Below, in pieces: positions 38,599-51,400 of a stretch of DNA of 64,000 nt. A model generated the notes under the pieces. That model was not told the DNA's origin. It did not search any database and saw only the letters and a list, made by a program, of their open reading frames with translations. This stretch comes from Lophium mytilinum. Taxonomy: Eukaryota. Each line of letters starts with the position of its first letter. Position 1 is the first letter of the stretch. Both the position numbers and the translations under genes were made by a program. The stretch covers positions 1,410,816-1,474,815 of the forward strand of contig MU004191.1 of NCBI GenBank assembly GCA_010093605.1. The letters are read 5' to 3'.

Positions 38599-41500
38599 GG
38601 CTCGTGGTGAAAGTGGTGGAAGGTTGGGAGAGAGGACGGCGGAGGGATCAGAAGGTGGGAAGAGCTGCAGTGTGTGGGATGAGACTCACTGGCTGGATAT
38701 TACAGGACTTTATAGAGGGAAAGATTTAAAAGTGGGTTGATGATTCGAAATGCTGTACTCCACACGTGGATTGCCGCCGGACTGTACCAAGGTCTGACCC
38801 TGATTGCTTTTGGGGATACACCTGACCACAGTAGGCGCTTGGATGAGAAGCTATCGTGCAATCGTGCAAGCGCGTGACCAAGCAACAGCGAGTCGTTCGA
38901 AGTGGGATGAATTAAAGGAGAGAAAACGGAAGGAAGGCTTGAGCTGTGTCTATCTTGGACGATCGTGTACTTATAGAATTCCGGCGCAGGCCTACTGATA
39001 TCGGAAGGCTTAGGCGGGGGCCTTACCCATGACGTGAAGCCGCTATGCCAGCTAGTGGTGCAGGAATCCCTTCGTCCATCAGGTAGGAGACGAGGAAAAT
39101 CCGGAAGGAGACCTGGTCCTCTCACGTCCTATTGTAGATGCTTGGCTATCATTCTTGGTGTGCTGATCGCCATTCGACGAGGCTCGAGACTACCCCACAA
39201 AGATGCAGATAGCGGTCAATCAGTCTTGTCGAATGAGCGTTATTTATTGCCAAGGGACTTTGCGGTATCCGCCGCGAGCGCAGAAATGCAAAACACCACC
39301 CGCAATCAGTGCAGCCATTCTTTTCGAATGTGTGACGCGTCCTGATGTCTCATGAGATAGGAGCAGCCGCCTGTTTCCTTAGAGTTGCGGTGGTGCTAGC
39401 AAGCGCCCTTGCCTCTGGTTCCCCGCATTTCGGGCGCAAAAGGAAGCAGCTGGTGGAAAGACACCACGTTGGCTGGAATCAGGAGCATCGTGAGGTCGGG
39501 AGCCGATCGTAGCCGGCGGGCGGGACCGATCGGAAAAGCGTGACCGAGGGGCAGTTGTCGAGGCTTCAGGGAGCTGAACTGAGCGTCTGTATTGGTGTGC
39601 AGCAGGCAGTTGTGCAGCAGCTGATTCCCGCATCCCGAGTTGCCGGCGGAGGTGACGAAACACGTGACCTTCTGACCGATCGAGCTGCGGACTGATCAAG
39701 CACTCAGTCTCTGGTGTTACCCTGTTTGCCACTGTTTGAAGTGCTTAAACGAGTTTCCGCATAGCCCAGGGCGAAGAGCTTGTATCTCGTCAGGGTTCTG
39801 CAACTGCATAGAAGCGCCCCAAGCAGTGCCATACCCCTACTCGTGGACTGCAGCTTGCAGTAGATTTAGAGTACCACCTTTTCTATGCCGCGGCACATTC
39901 CTGAGCGAGCCCGCTAATAGCACGCGTGGCTGTTTCGATCGGTTGGAGGCGTTGCACCGAAAGTTTATTCATGTGTGCCGGAGGTTTTGCATCACCATCA
40001 CGTGCTCGTTAACGCCCATTTTCGGTCGAACCTTGGAAACGCCGGCACTGGCACGTAGCGGCGCGGAATTTTGACTTTTGACATGGCGATCCGGGCTGCT
40101 CCACGCGAGCTGATCGATGATTACTGTGGGGTTGGGGTGTGCGATGGAAGGGGGTGGCTCCTGGCAGAGAGCAATCCGACTCGACAGCGGCGGAAGTGGT
40201 GGCGAGAAAGGTTAGGTAGGCGCTGCGACGCTGCGAGCCTGCGATAGGCTATGATGCAGCGTCCTGAAGGATGAGCGAGAGCTGGTCCACCGTCGAGGCG
40301 AGCCGCTCCTTTAACTGTCAGCTTGCCATGTCCTGGATGGACCCGTATCGTGGCGGGTGAGGTGCCGAATGGCCTCTCCGAGAAGAGCCCGGACGAGACA
40401 AATTGGCTGCGACAACGGCAATAGATTGATGGTGCCCTTTGCGGATCGAGCCCTCTGCACATCACCTGGAGTCGCGATGATTTGCCTTGGCACATACTCG
40501 ACGCAAGCACCACGCTGGCCATTCACAGCCCGGCGTGCGGCTTAATGTGACAGGACTGCGCTACAAGGCGCCTCGTACCATGTTCCATGGCCATTGTCAA
40601 CCCCGGTGCTGGCCTCGCCGCGCGACTCTTCTGGCAGCTCCTCAACCTTCATTCGAGGACCCCCGTTGCGGCAAAGGCAGGGAGCTTTCCGGCGTGACAT
40701 TGCGTGCTCCTCCGGATCTGCTGACTCGTGCTGCTCCAGCGGATCGCCTTCAGGCCTCGTCACAGGCACAGATGCGATATTGATGTCGACGGCCGTTTTG
40801 GTCGCTTGTACGGTAAGGGACCTCTGGTTCCACGCGCTCTCCACCACGCCATCACCACCCAGCCAACCTCGTCAAGCCAGTCTCGCTGTGGCCACAGCCA
40901 GTGCCGCCGGGGTGCCATGTGGATGCTGGGCTGGCAAGGGATCCCTTCGCGGCGCCAGGCCGCGGACTGTCTGCAAACCTTCTCGTCGTATGCTCCGCCC
41001 TGCACAGCACTGCAATCACTTCACGGCTGGACGCCGCCCTGAAGCCAACGCAGCACGGCAACGCCTCCACGGCCCCGGCTCGCGGCAGAGGACGCTTGCA
41101 TGCCGAAGGCCACCACGTCCCGATGTGGACAGGTGAGAGTGGGTGGGTTTGTGACAATCACTCTGGCTCAAGTAGCTCACGGGGAAGCGGTAAAGCGACC
41201 ACGCTTGGCGTACATGAATCTGATTATGCACGAGTAGCGCAGGCACGATAGAATACGCGCCACTGGACGACGTCCATGGTTGAGAATGGTGGCAACTCTT
41301 GCGGGGCCGGGGTCTTTCAAGTGCATTTTCAGGGAGTTCAATTGTCTACACTGTCTTCGCACTGTCCGAAACATTTCTACATGCTTTCTCAAACCCCAGG
41401 GTGACAGGAGTGCCTCTTGGGTATGCTCCGCGTAACGAAACAGACGTTGCTGGATTAAAACAGTTAGTCAGCGCCCACCACCGCCGACGGCGTTATTCCG

Positions 41501-42075
41501 CAGCGTTGTGAATAGTCCTGGGCATGCTAAGGGCAGTCCGTCTACAACCCCCTCCCCTTAGTTCCATGTGCTCCACGACGAGCCCACAGGGCTGATGCGT
41601 CCGCTCGACGTTGGACAAGATCTGCCCGGAGCCCATTGCGGAATAGCCAGCCATTGCGGTATGGAGCAGGCCGCCCGGCTAATGGCAGGAAGGGCATTGC
41701 TGCCCGCCGCGGCGCAGGCCTTGGAGATGGCACCCGTGGACTGCGCGGTTTTGCTGCCCAGTTCCAGGTGCTCGTAGCTACAATGCACCGCAGAGGCGTC
41801 AGGTCGAGGCATGATGGCCGCCGGGGTGCCTCCACCCTACTCGCTGCACGGATTGGCCTGCGCGCGGGCTCTAATCACTCTCAACCGTCGATAGGCACCC
41901 TGGCCCCGTGTTCCTTGTCGTGAGAGGCCGCCGCCAGACGCCCACCTACATGTCCTTGCTGCTCCCGCACGGAGCCAACGGCTTTGCAGCTCTGTCGCAC
42001 TCTGTTGCAAACGGGAGCGGCAGTAATCTAACAGCTTGCTGAAGGCCCGTCATCTCGGGTGCTCGACGATGCCTG

Positions 42076-42081
42076 TATAAA
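42076..42081 (+). promoter_or_regulatory. TATA box of the microprotein gene
   Basis: TATAAA followed by a pyrimidine-rich, ATG-free leader of about 450 nt. Confidence 0.6.
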
Positions 42082-42529
42082 GCGGCCCACTGCGCCTTGC
42101 CATTGTCCATTGTCGACTCCAGCTCCACCTCCCACGCTCCCCACACACAGCTCCCAGCTGCCTCAGCTCCCCCCCTCTCCTCCTCCTCATACTCGTCGCC
42201 TCAGGGCTCCCCACTGTTGAGTCGTCGCCTCGTCCTCGTCCGTCCAGCTGCATCCGCCACAGCTCAAGCTCCAGCTCCAGACCCAGACCATTCCAGGCCA
42301 ATCCCCACCAGCCCCACGAAGCTTGCCCGTCCAGGACTCGCACGCAGCCCGCCAATCGTCGTCGTCGTCGTCCGCGCGACCCTTTTCTCGTCTCTCCAGG
42401 CCACGGGTCTGCAGCTCTCCAGCACCCAGCTCGCGCTGCCGCCGTACCTTGGTACGCTCCGCCCAACACCACGTCTCGACGCGCGCCGGCTCGACCCCCG
42501 CAGACCCTCGCAATCGGCAAGCCGCAACC

Positions 42530-42676
42530 ATGTGCCAGAAATTCGTGCACACGTACAGCTGCGGCCACCAGATGGTGCAGAAGGCGGAATGCGCCACGTC
42601 GAGGTCGACGAACTGCGGCGTGCTGCAGGTGAAGAACATCAAGCATGACGAGAAGTGCGATAGCTGCGATCACTGA
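42530..42676 (+). CDS. 48-aa Cys/His-rich microprotein, putative metal-binding
   Basis: MCQKFVHTYSCGHQMVQKAECATSRSTNCGVLQVKNIKHDEKCDSCDH; start context CAACC-ATG; only 5 of the 47 codons after the ATG end in A/T; flanking UTR introns. Confidence 0.8.
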   Translation: MCQKFVHTYSCGHQMVQKAECATSRSTNCGVLQVKNIKHDEKCDSCDH

Positions 42677-45208
42677 CAGGTAGGCCCCTCGCCCCTCGCG
42701 GCTGGCCCCGGCGGGTGCATGTCTGACCAAGCTCGCAGCAGTGTGCCACCGCAGACTCTATCCGGACGACACCTCATGACGGCCGGTGGCACGCAAACAG
42801 GTGTCTTCTATCGCAGCGCAGGCGGGACCTCAGCTCACCTCATCACACAATTTCCTAGGCGGGGGCCTGCTGGTCTTACGGGCCCTCTCTCCTCTCCAGT
42901 TGGCAGGGGCATTTCACGGCGTCACGGAGACAAAAAGTGCGAAGGCGTTGGAAGGGCATCGGCGGCCCACGTGGACCACGGGCTATGGCTATCTAATGGC
43001 GAGACTGGCGAGACTGGCGTTTGACGGGCAAAATGGGTTGGCCGGGGGCTCTGCTTCACCTCTTGTATTACTCGTCGCTTTTGTATGCGCAGTGCGATTG
43101 GGCGCGGGCGAGGGCGTGATGGACTTGGATACCTATGGACTGTGACCTGTCCCACGGCGGGACGGGCAAAAAGGCGTTGCGTTCGTCGCGTTTCCACATG
43201 CTGTCTTCTGGCCCACCATCCTCTGCTTGCCTGCGTTCCTGCGTTTCATCGCCTTCCAATGCTGCTCTCCCGCGCGACGTGCGGCGGTTGTCCCGCGCTG
43301 CCGAGGCGGGGAGGCGGGAAGGCCAGAGGTCAAACAGAGGGCGCCGGCGAGTCAATTGCGCGACAGCTGTCAACTCGCTGGACGGGTCATGCCTGTGAGG
43401 TTCGCCCGCGTCGTACGAGGCCGTTGAGAAAAAGCAAATGACGCGTCTAAATCGCCCAACCGCGGCAGATGCTGCAGCTCGCCAATCGCCCCGATTTCAA
43501 ATACCCGCCCGGACAGCTGTGCCTCTCAACGGCTGCCCGACTGCCGCAGCTCAGCCTGCCGAGGGGGGTGGGGGCAGAAGGGGGGGACCACGGGACTTGG
43601 CGGGCCTGATATCAGATAGGGTATGGGCACGGCAGGCCGAAAAGTCAGCGGACCAGGAGCACCGCGAGCTGGAACTGGAGCAGCGGGAGGGCAGCGGGAG
43701 CATCCAGATGGACAGACGGGGGCCACGCTGGAATGCTGCCCAAGCCCCAATGGCGGCGACGGGCTGGACAGGGCGACGATAAGTGGAGTGGGTGGTGGTG
43801 GGTGGTGGTGGGTGGTGGGCGCTGAATCCGTCCTCAGTTTCTGGCCTCATGCACTGAGACGGCACAGCAGCTGCAACGGCGACATGTTTCGTTCTCCCGT
43901 CGACCATCCTGCGCATGTCTCCAGGCCGAGGAACGGGCCGCACGCCACACATAACCTACAGCACACCCGCCGCGCCCAGATTGGGTGCCCTGCCTCTGAT
44001 ATAGCTGCGCCGTTGTGATAAAACGGCGCTGCATCCACCGCAATCTACAGCCGACGCGATCTCCAACGCGCATATTACCAGCAGCACTAGGCGGCCGGCT
44101 ATGGGGTGTGCGTCTTGGGTTGCTGGAGCTCTTCCAGAACACTTCGTCTCCAGAATAATAGCCCGCACCCCAGACTGCACCGGCATCATCGTCGATCACT
44201 CCACGCCGCTGCAGCACCACTCCAACAGCAGCCCCGGTCAACCTCCACGCCTCAGGTCGTCCTGCCCGTCGCGGCCGCTCATCCGGCCGCTACGGCGCAT
44301 CCCTGAGCTGCGGGCAGCAGTGTCCGACACACGAGCGCAGCTTGCCTGTCTGGCACACCATCAGTCTGTCCGAAGCCTCGTGCATCGGGCATCAGCCGCG
44401 AAGACTTAGCCGCGCAGCTGCGGCCATGATCGCTGGATCGATGCTTGCCGCCGCCCCTGGTCTCCGTGGCGGCGCTGGCTTGTGACGGCGGGGCTCCGCC
44501 TGCAGAGGCTCGAGGCGTCTGCGAGGAGCTTCCACAAGGCGATGGGTTCGCATGACTTCATGCTCGCTGGATGCACGACGCGGGGGCACGTCGAATGAGG
44601 TGATGACAAGCACTGGAGACGAGCGTCCCAGGGCTCGACGCCACGGCTGGCCCTCGACAACGGCGCACCGGGAAGGATTGTTGCGCGTGTGATGCCATAG
44701 CAAAAGCTGCATTATCACTGCGCCCGGAAGGTGGGGGGTTAGTCGTATTGAGCAGGTCCAGCTTTACTTTTCCTAGCTTCGAAACGTCGACCGCGCGCGC
44801 CGGGGCTGCTCGCGCACGTCGCTTGCTCGGAGACGGGGCCCACAGCATTCTGTCGACCCTGGCGGACATGGTGATGCGCCAGTGGTGGTGACTTGGGGAT
44901 ATGGTGTCGGCGACTGGGGCCCTGTTCCGAGTCTTGGCATAGATGAGAAAGTGGCACGCTCAGATTGTTGAGCACGCTGTCTGCCGCTGTTAGAGTGCTT
45001 CAATCACTTCTAAAACAGCCCAATGCAAAGAATTCCTCTCACTATCACATGTCTAAGGAATGCAATGTAAGCAGACCCTCATTACACGCGTTCACACCCG
45101 ACCGCGGCCTGTTCAAAGTGCAGTGCCACTTATTTTATGCCCTGCGTACCTCGGACGGGCGAGACTGCCTGCCTGCACCTCACATAGAACAACACTCCGA
45201 CTTCACCG

Positions 45209-46507
45209 ATGAGTATCGACATCCACTGGGACACCCTGACGGGCGGTCCTGATGGAGTTGCCCGAGCCGAGACCATTCGAGCTTTCATCCATGAAAGGTT
45301 TCAGCAGGTGACGCTGCCGCGCTTCATCCGCTCCGTCAAAGTCCACTCCTTCGACTTTGGCAGCGTGCCCCCTGAGCTTGAGCTCAAGGACATCTGCGAC
45401 CCGCTCCCGGACTTCTACGAGGAGGATGATGACTATGGGAGCGAGGATGAGGATGCCGCCGACCGCGTTTCAGCCCAGGTCGACAGTATGCATCTCGATA
45501 CCCCCAAGTCCTCCAACGAGCGCCGCTTCAGGGGACTGGACGGACAAGACCTTGATGGCCAAAAGCCGCCCATGCGGTCACATCTTCCGCCGCACGTAGA
45601 CACCAGAGGGCCCGGCTTGCGTTCGATGCTGGCGCCAGGCGATCACCTCGGAAGCCCTCTGATATCCAGAGCATCCACTCCCGGCATCCCAGGCGGCACA
45701 TCCAACATGAGCTACTTCCATCTCCCTCTTGGAGCTGGTATCTCAGGTGCTACTACTCCGCTCGCTGCTGTGGCTGGTGCCCAATATCAGAGCTGGCCGG
45801 ACAGCCATCATTACGGTCGTTTCCTACACGAGCACGGCAACCGCCGGCCCGATGCTACTTCCATCAGTTCTCTCACTCCTCCTCTCTCAACCGCTGATCC
45901 AAGCTCGCGTCCATCGTCACAGCATCACAATGAGCCGATGAGACATGGTCCAAAAGTTGACACTGAAGAGTCCTCATCATCTCACATGCACCCCAAGACC
46001 CCCTCTCCGTCGCCACCACCGCGAATGAGGGAGAAGAGCGTCAACGACATGCAGGTTGTGTCACATGTCAAGTATTCTGGAGACATCAAAATCTCTCTCA
46101 CAGCCGAGATTCTGCTAGATTACCCGATGCCCAGCTTCGTCGGCATACCTTTGAAACTTAATATCACAGGCTTGACTTTTGATGGCGTGGCCATCTTGGC
46201 ATACATCAAGAAGCGGGCGCACTTTTGCTTCCTGTCGCCAGAAGATGCAGATTCACTTGTGGGCGGCGAGTCTTCTCTGGACAGCATGCCCAACGATCCA
46301 CAATCCTCCGATCGCGCAAGCACCCGGCTCCCCAAAATTGGTGGTTTACTTGAGCAAATCAAGGTCGAGAGCGAGATTGGCCAGAAGGAGAATGGCAAAC
46401 AGGTTCTCAAAAATGTCGGGAAGGTGGAAAGGTTTATTCTCGAGCAAGTCAGGCGCATCTTCGAAGACGAGTTCGTCTATCCAAGCTTTTGGACATTTCT
46501 TGTGTAA
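45209..46507 (+). CDS. MDM12: ERMES subunit Mdm12 (SMP domain)
   Basis: [10 protein letters not shown]...[57 protein letters not shown]...[12 protein letters not shown]. Confidence 0.97.
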   Translation: MSIDIHWDTLTGGPDGVARAETIRAFIHERFQQVTLPRFIRSVKVHSFDFGSVPPELELKDICDPLPDFYEEDDDYGSEDEDAADRVSAQVDSMHLDTPKSSNERRFRGLDGQDLDGQKPPMRSHLPPHVDTRGPGLRSMLAPGDHLGSPLISRASTPGIPGGTSNMSYFHLPLGAGISGATTPLAAVAGAQYQSWPDSHHYGRFLHEHGNRRPDATSISSLTPPLSTADPSSRPSSQHHNEPMRHGPKVDTEESSSSHMHPKTPSPSPPPRMREKSVNDMQVVSHVKYSGDIKISLTAEILLDYPMPSFVGIPLKLNITGLTFDGVAILAYIKKRAHFCFLSPEDADSLVGGESSLDSMPNDPQSSDRASTRLPKIGGLLEQIKVESEIGQKENGKQVLKNVGKVERFILEQVRRIFEDEFVYPSFWTFLV

Positions 46508-48476
46508 CGCACCCATGACGCCCTACGGCCGAGCCGCCCAGCGCCCAATGCTCAGCAATCAGTCAAATCTCGAACATACTGTTTGCCCCACCATCCGATA
46601 CTCAGGATATCACATTGCCCAGATAGGAGACCGGAGAAGCTAGAGTTACAGCTACCCGTTAACTTCCACTCCCCGGAAGCCCTCACATAATCCCTACGAT
46701 ATGCCCACGTCTCGAAGACAGGCCTTCGCACAACATGCAGTACACATGCACGACACCGCAGTGCAGCCCTGTCAGCTGCAGCCTTGAGAAGCGAGGCGAA
46801 GGGCAAGCAGACGGGAGGAAGCGGGAGGCGGGAGGCAAGTGGAGCTGGCTAAATCAGACGACCGTAAGTGTCACTCAATCCCTGGACTTTGTGCTACAGG
46901 TGGCGATGCAGGCCACCGAGCATCCGCCTTGGCGCAGACATAGTTTCAATAGTGTGAGGTGTCACAACGGTCACGTTACAATGCAGCACAAGTGCCACGC
47001 AGGGCGTGCGCCTTCTGAAGCACGCCTGCGGGCTGCCTCATGGCTGCCGCGCTTGTTTCGCAAAAACGTGGGCTGGCGCTGTGCTGTTTGAAGTATGGCC
47101 TGAGGAAAGAGGCTGGCCGCATGTCCTTGTCATCTCGAGACGTATATTGGCTATAACGGCTATATCCGCCAGTGCGGCAATGGTATCAATCACACCTGTT
47201 TTTCCTCGTCATGTTCAGGTCCCAACGAACTCATCCCTAGCTTCAATGAGTTCAACGTAACTTCTGCCTGATCTCGATCTGACCCTCTTCTTTCCATTTC
47301 AAGCTTCTCGCCGCAGCACTATACTGCCGCGATACCCGGCTCGCTCCCGATAGCTACAAACGCGAGCCCCTTGCTTCCAAAGTTGCCTTCGCGATGAGCG
47401 TATGACTACCGGAATGTGATCGCTCACGCTAGTCTCCGGTTATTGAAAAGGTAGGTGACGATGTCGCAGCGATATCCATTGGGTCATGTAACCCTGCAAC
47501 TACTTTTGAAGGCGTGCATGGTGGACGGCTAGTTATGGATAAGGGATCCAGCATTTGCTAGAAACATCCCTCGGATGCCAGCGCCCTATTATTACGTTTG
47601 ACGATGCGAGTTCGGTAGTCCTGATGTGGTAGGCCGCGTGTGCGACGTGAACTAGGCTGCTTTGATTCCGAGCTGTGGAATTATGCATAATGTGCTTCTA
47701 GTGAATGGTCTGACTTGTCTGTGCGACTCCCGGTCTACGTATACAATTTTGTTTATTACCTTCCGTAACCATTGGTAGACCTTGTGGATTGAAGCTGAAA
47801 TGGCCTGCCTTTTACTCGGCTTTGCTTCTCTGAATTGACTTCTTGAAATAACTCATGTGCGCGCCATAGTAGACCTCGGCATCAAAACCTTATAACGCCT
47901 TTACCTGTTATGTATATCATTCGATGCCTTCTTCGGAAAGCAACTAATCAAACTCTTCCGACCTCTCAAAAGCATTGTGATAGTCTTGTGTCTTTGACTC
48001 GTAATAGCTCCATGTACTCAGCCCTGTAAGGTTAACAAGTGAGAGGAACACCCCGCTATCAGAGACTAATGTCGCTGGTTCGGCCCAGGGTCCAGACGAC
48101 AGCTCGGTACCTTAGGCGGGAGCGGGTACACTAAACTTTATATTCTAATCCATGGTTTGATGGTTTTCAACGACGACTGTTTTGTCCACAAAGGTCTTTG
48201 ATAACCAGCCAGGAATAACAGCGACAAGCAACCCAAGAAGGCTTCGCTGTCGATCAAGTGACGTAAAATTCGAGCACACGCCTCCATAAGTGGCTTGGCA
48301 AGTCTTGGAGGAGTCTTGGAGGGGCACTTCCAAGCCACTAATAGAGGGGCTGAAACAAATCACTCCTCCACGCTCAACAACTCCTGTTCTCTCCACAAAC
48401 AACTCTCTCCCCCTAAGAACCTACTCCACTATCACAATCATATACACTTTTGCATACAGATCTTAACGCCTCAATC

Positions 48477-51400
48477 ATGCCGTCCCTGCGGCTCCCTTCC
48501 CTCCTTCTCCCGTGTCTCATCTTGCTCGTGCTCTGGGCCCGCCCAACTCATGCGTTTGGCGCTGGTAATATTGCTTCGACCTCCAAGGTCGAGGGCCAGA
48601 ACTGGCGCCATGGAGATATCGAGGACACTCTACTCACTATTCTCATGTCCCGCACCACCGGCAAGAAGTTCAGCAAGATGGATGTGAAGCGCGTCTACTT
48701 TGGGAACTGGCTGCGTACGTATCTAGCTAAGCCAATGACGGGGAAATCAAAACTGACAATGTGGCAGGCGATTACTCCCAAGCCGTGGACGTACGTATCT
48801 AGCTAAGCATATGGTTGGGAGGTCAACACTTACAATATGGCAGGTTGGAACAGTCAAGATGGTCAGCGCGGAGGCTATCCGTATCCTACTCTGGGTTCTA
48901 GGCTTCTTGAGCTTTGGCTATGGCACTAAGGAGTTCGAGGTCACGCGGGATAGGCTTGGTTGCTACCGGTAAGCAATCCAAAGTCTGCGTTTTACAATTG
49001 CTCACACTCTGTAGTCCCGAAGAGCACATCGACAACCCTAAAGACTACGCTGACAACCTCGATGCCCGCCAATATGACCGTCGCCTTCGAGGACCCGTCG
49101 ATGAGCGTCGCGAATTGGCGATTGACCCTCGCACCGGTCTGAAGAACTATATTGCCTCGGAGGATCTGGGCATCACAACCTCAGCAGGGTTGGTTCGTAA
49201 CCTGTTTGGGCGATGCATCGACCTCGGCCGACGATACAACCGCAATGGAAACAAGGCAGATCTGTATGAAGCTCTTAGGCTTCTTGGTACTGGATGTCAT
49301 TGTTTGGAAGGTAAGAAATACCATGCCGGCGTAAGCTGCTAGAACTCTCGCTAATCACCGGCAGATTACTCTGCTCACTCCAACTATACCGAGCTCGCTC
49401 TCATCGAGATGGGCGAACGTAATGTCTTTCCCCATGTTGGCCGTAGGACGCAAGTTCGCGTCCAGGGCGCTCGTGGCCCTGTCTGGCCTATCATCACCGG
49501 TACTTTCGGGGGCGTCGACTTCCTCCACTCCGTATGTGGAGAGTTCTCAGACAAAGCTACTCAATCCGAGATGCAAGAACTCGAAGGAACTATCCAGGAC
49601 TCAAGTCGAAAGGGAGATAAGAGCATCATCAAAGACCTCCTGAGCCAGCTTCCCGATGGCCTATTTGGGGATAAGGATCAAGCCGGCAAAGCCGACGAGC
49701 TCGAGCAGAATGCCCAGTCTGCTCAAATGCAAAACATGACGATCACTCCCAAAGAGCCGGAAGAGTTTACTCAACAGCTGGATGAGATTGTCAAGCAGGT
49801 CTACCCGATCATGGAGTGGCACGACGAAATCATGCAGTCTATTAACGAATTCATCGAGTCGGTTCCCAGTAAGTAGTCGCCTTGACGGCCTTCACGGCCC
49901 CCAAGTTGCAATGCCTCTTCCCTTATGAGCGTTTGCTAATTGCCAATCCCATCTTTAGTCCTTCCTGACCTCATCGAGCAACTGCAGGATCAGATCAACA
50001 TCTTCGTGTTCTCGCTCCTGGCCCCATTCGTCCTTCCGATAATCTCACAGGTGAAGACAGAACTTGAGACCGGCTCGTCTGAAGTCATCGCCTCCTCCCG
50101 CGACAAGCAGCTCATCGTGTTCAACGACGACGAGTCCAGCGACCCGACTCACTCCATGATTTCCAAGGATCACTTCAGCAACGTCCTCAACGAGCCTGCT
50201 GGCAAGGTCGCTTCGCAGGTCCTCAAGTGGGTCGTCCCACAGATTGTGAACTGCTGGGATGACGAGCGTGCCGACGTAAACCGTACTATCCAGCGTATCA
50301 TCACTGGCGTTTTCCACCACCCTGCCCTCCGCCAATACGGCGACGACGGTGCTGCCGAGTGCCGTGGCCTGATGTTCAACGTCGTGGAGAAATGGTGGGG
50401 CGAGATGAGCGAGCGCGAGAAGGATGATTTGCGTGACAAGCTTAGCCGGGACGGCGTCGAGCAGGGCCGGAACCACAAAGAGGGTGTGCACGACAAGGGC
50501 CACGGCTGCGGCAAGCCTCTTGGGATGGCGAATGATTTCTCCGGTTCTGGAGTTGGAGGTGGCCTCGGAGGCGTACTTGGCGGCGTTCTAGGCGGCGGCA
50601 AGTCCTCCTCAGGTGGCTACGGCGGTGGAAACTCCGGCAAGAATGAACCTTTCCACGAAGTCGGCAACTTCGCTAGCGAGGCCGTTGGTGGTGGTGCACT
50701 CGGTGGCATCGTTGGCGGTCTGGTCGGCGGCATTGGTGGATCTCTCTTGAGCGGCGCGATGGGTGGAGGTGGAGGGGACGACGAAGACGAGTACAAGCCT
50801 AAGAAGGACCAGAAGTACAAGGCCGAGTACGATGAGCCATATGGCGGAGGCCACACGACGCAGTACACCGAGACGTCGAACCAAGGCAACCGATACGGCC
50901 AAGCTGAGTACAAGAAGACTGAGTATGAAAGCGGTGGCCGACGCGAGGAATACTCTAGCTACCAGCAGGAAGGCCGATCAGGCCATGCGGGAGGCTATGA
51001 GTCCCGCGTCGAGACGACGGCGACTAGCTATGGTGGAGGTGGAGGGTACGAGGAGAAGCGTAGATCGAAGAACTACGACGAGGGCTCGGAAGATGAAGAG
51101 GAGAAGCGGAGGAAGAAGGAGCGCAAGGCACGTGAGAAGGCAGAGAAGAAGGCCCGGAAGCAACACGGGGGTTATGATAATGACGACGATGAGGACAGTG
51201 AGGACGAGGGCAGGAAGCACAGGGAGAAGGAGCATAAGCGCCGCTCTGGGTCAGGCGAGCGTCGCCGTTCCAGGTCTCGCGAGCGGGAGTCTCGGGGCTA
51301 CGGCCAAGAGCAGAGTTATGGAGGGCAACAGCAGCAGTCCTATGGTGAGCAACGTGAGAGCGGAGGCTATGGCGAGGAGCTTCAATATGGTCAAGAGCGT

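Noticed and set aside
39000..45200. Many overlapping 60-226 aa ORFs in the GC-rich interval
   Set aside because: Arg/Ala/Pro/Gly-rich frames are expected from high GC, with no motifs or codon bias; only 42530-42676 has independent gene signals.
47770..47860. U5 snRNA loop-I-like TGCCTTTTAC within a weak hairpin
   Set aside because: No Sm site and no recognisable internal-loop motifs. An Infernal search with the U5 model would be decisive; unsupported by eye.
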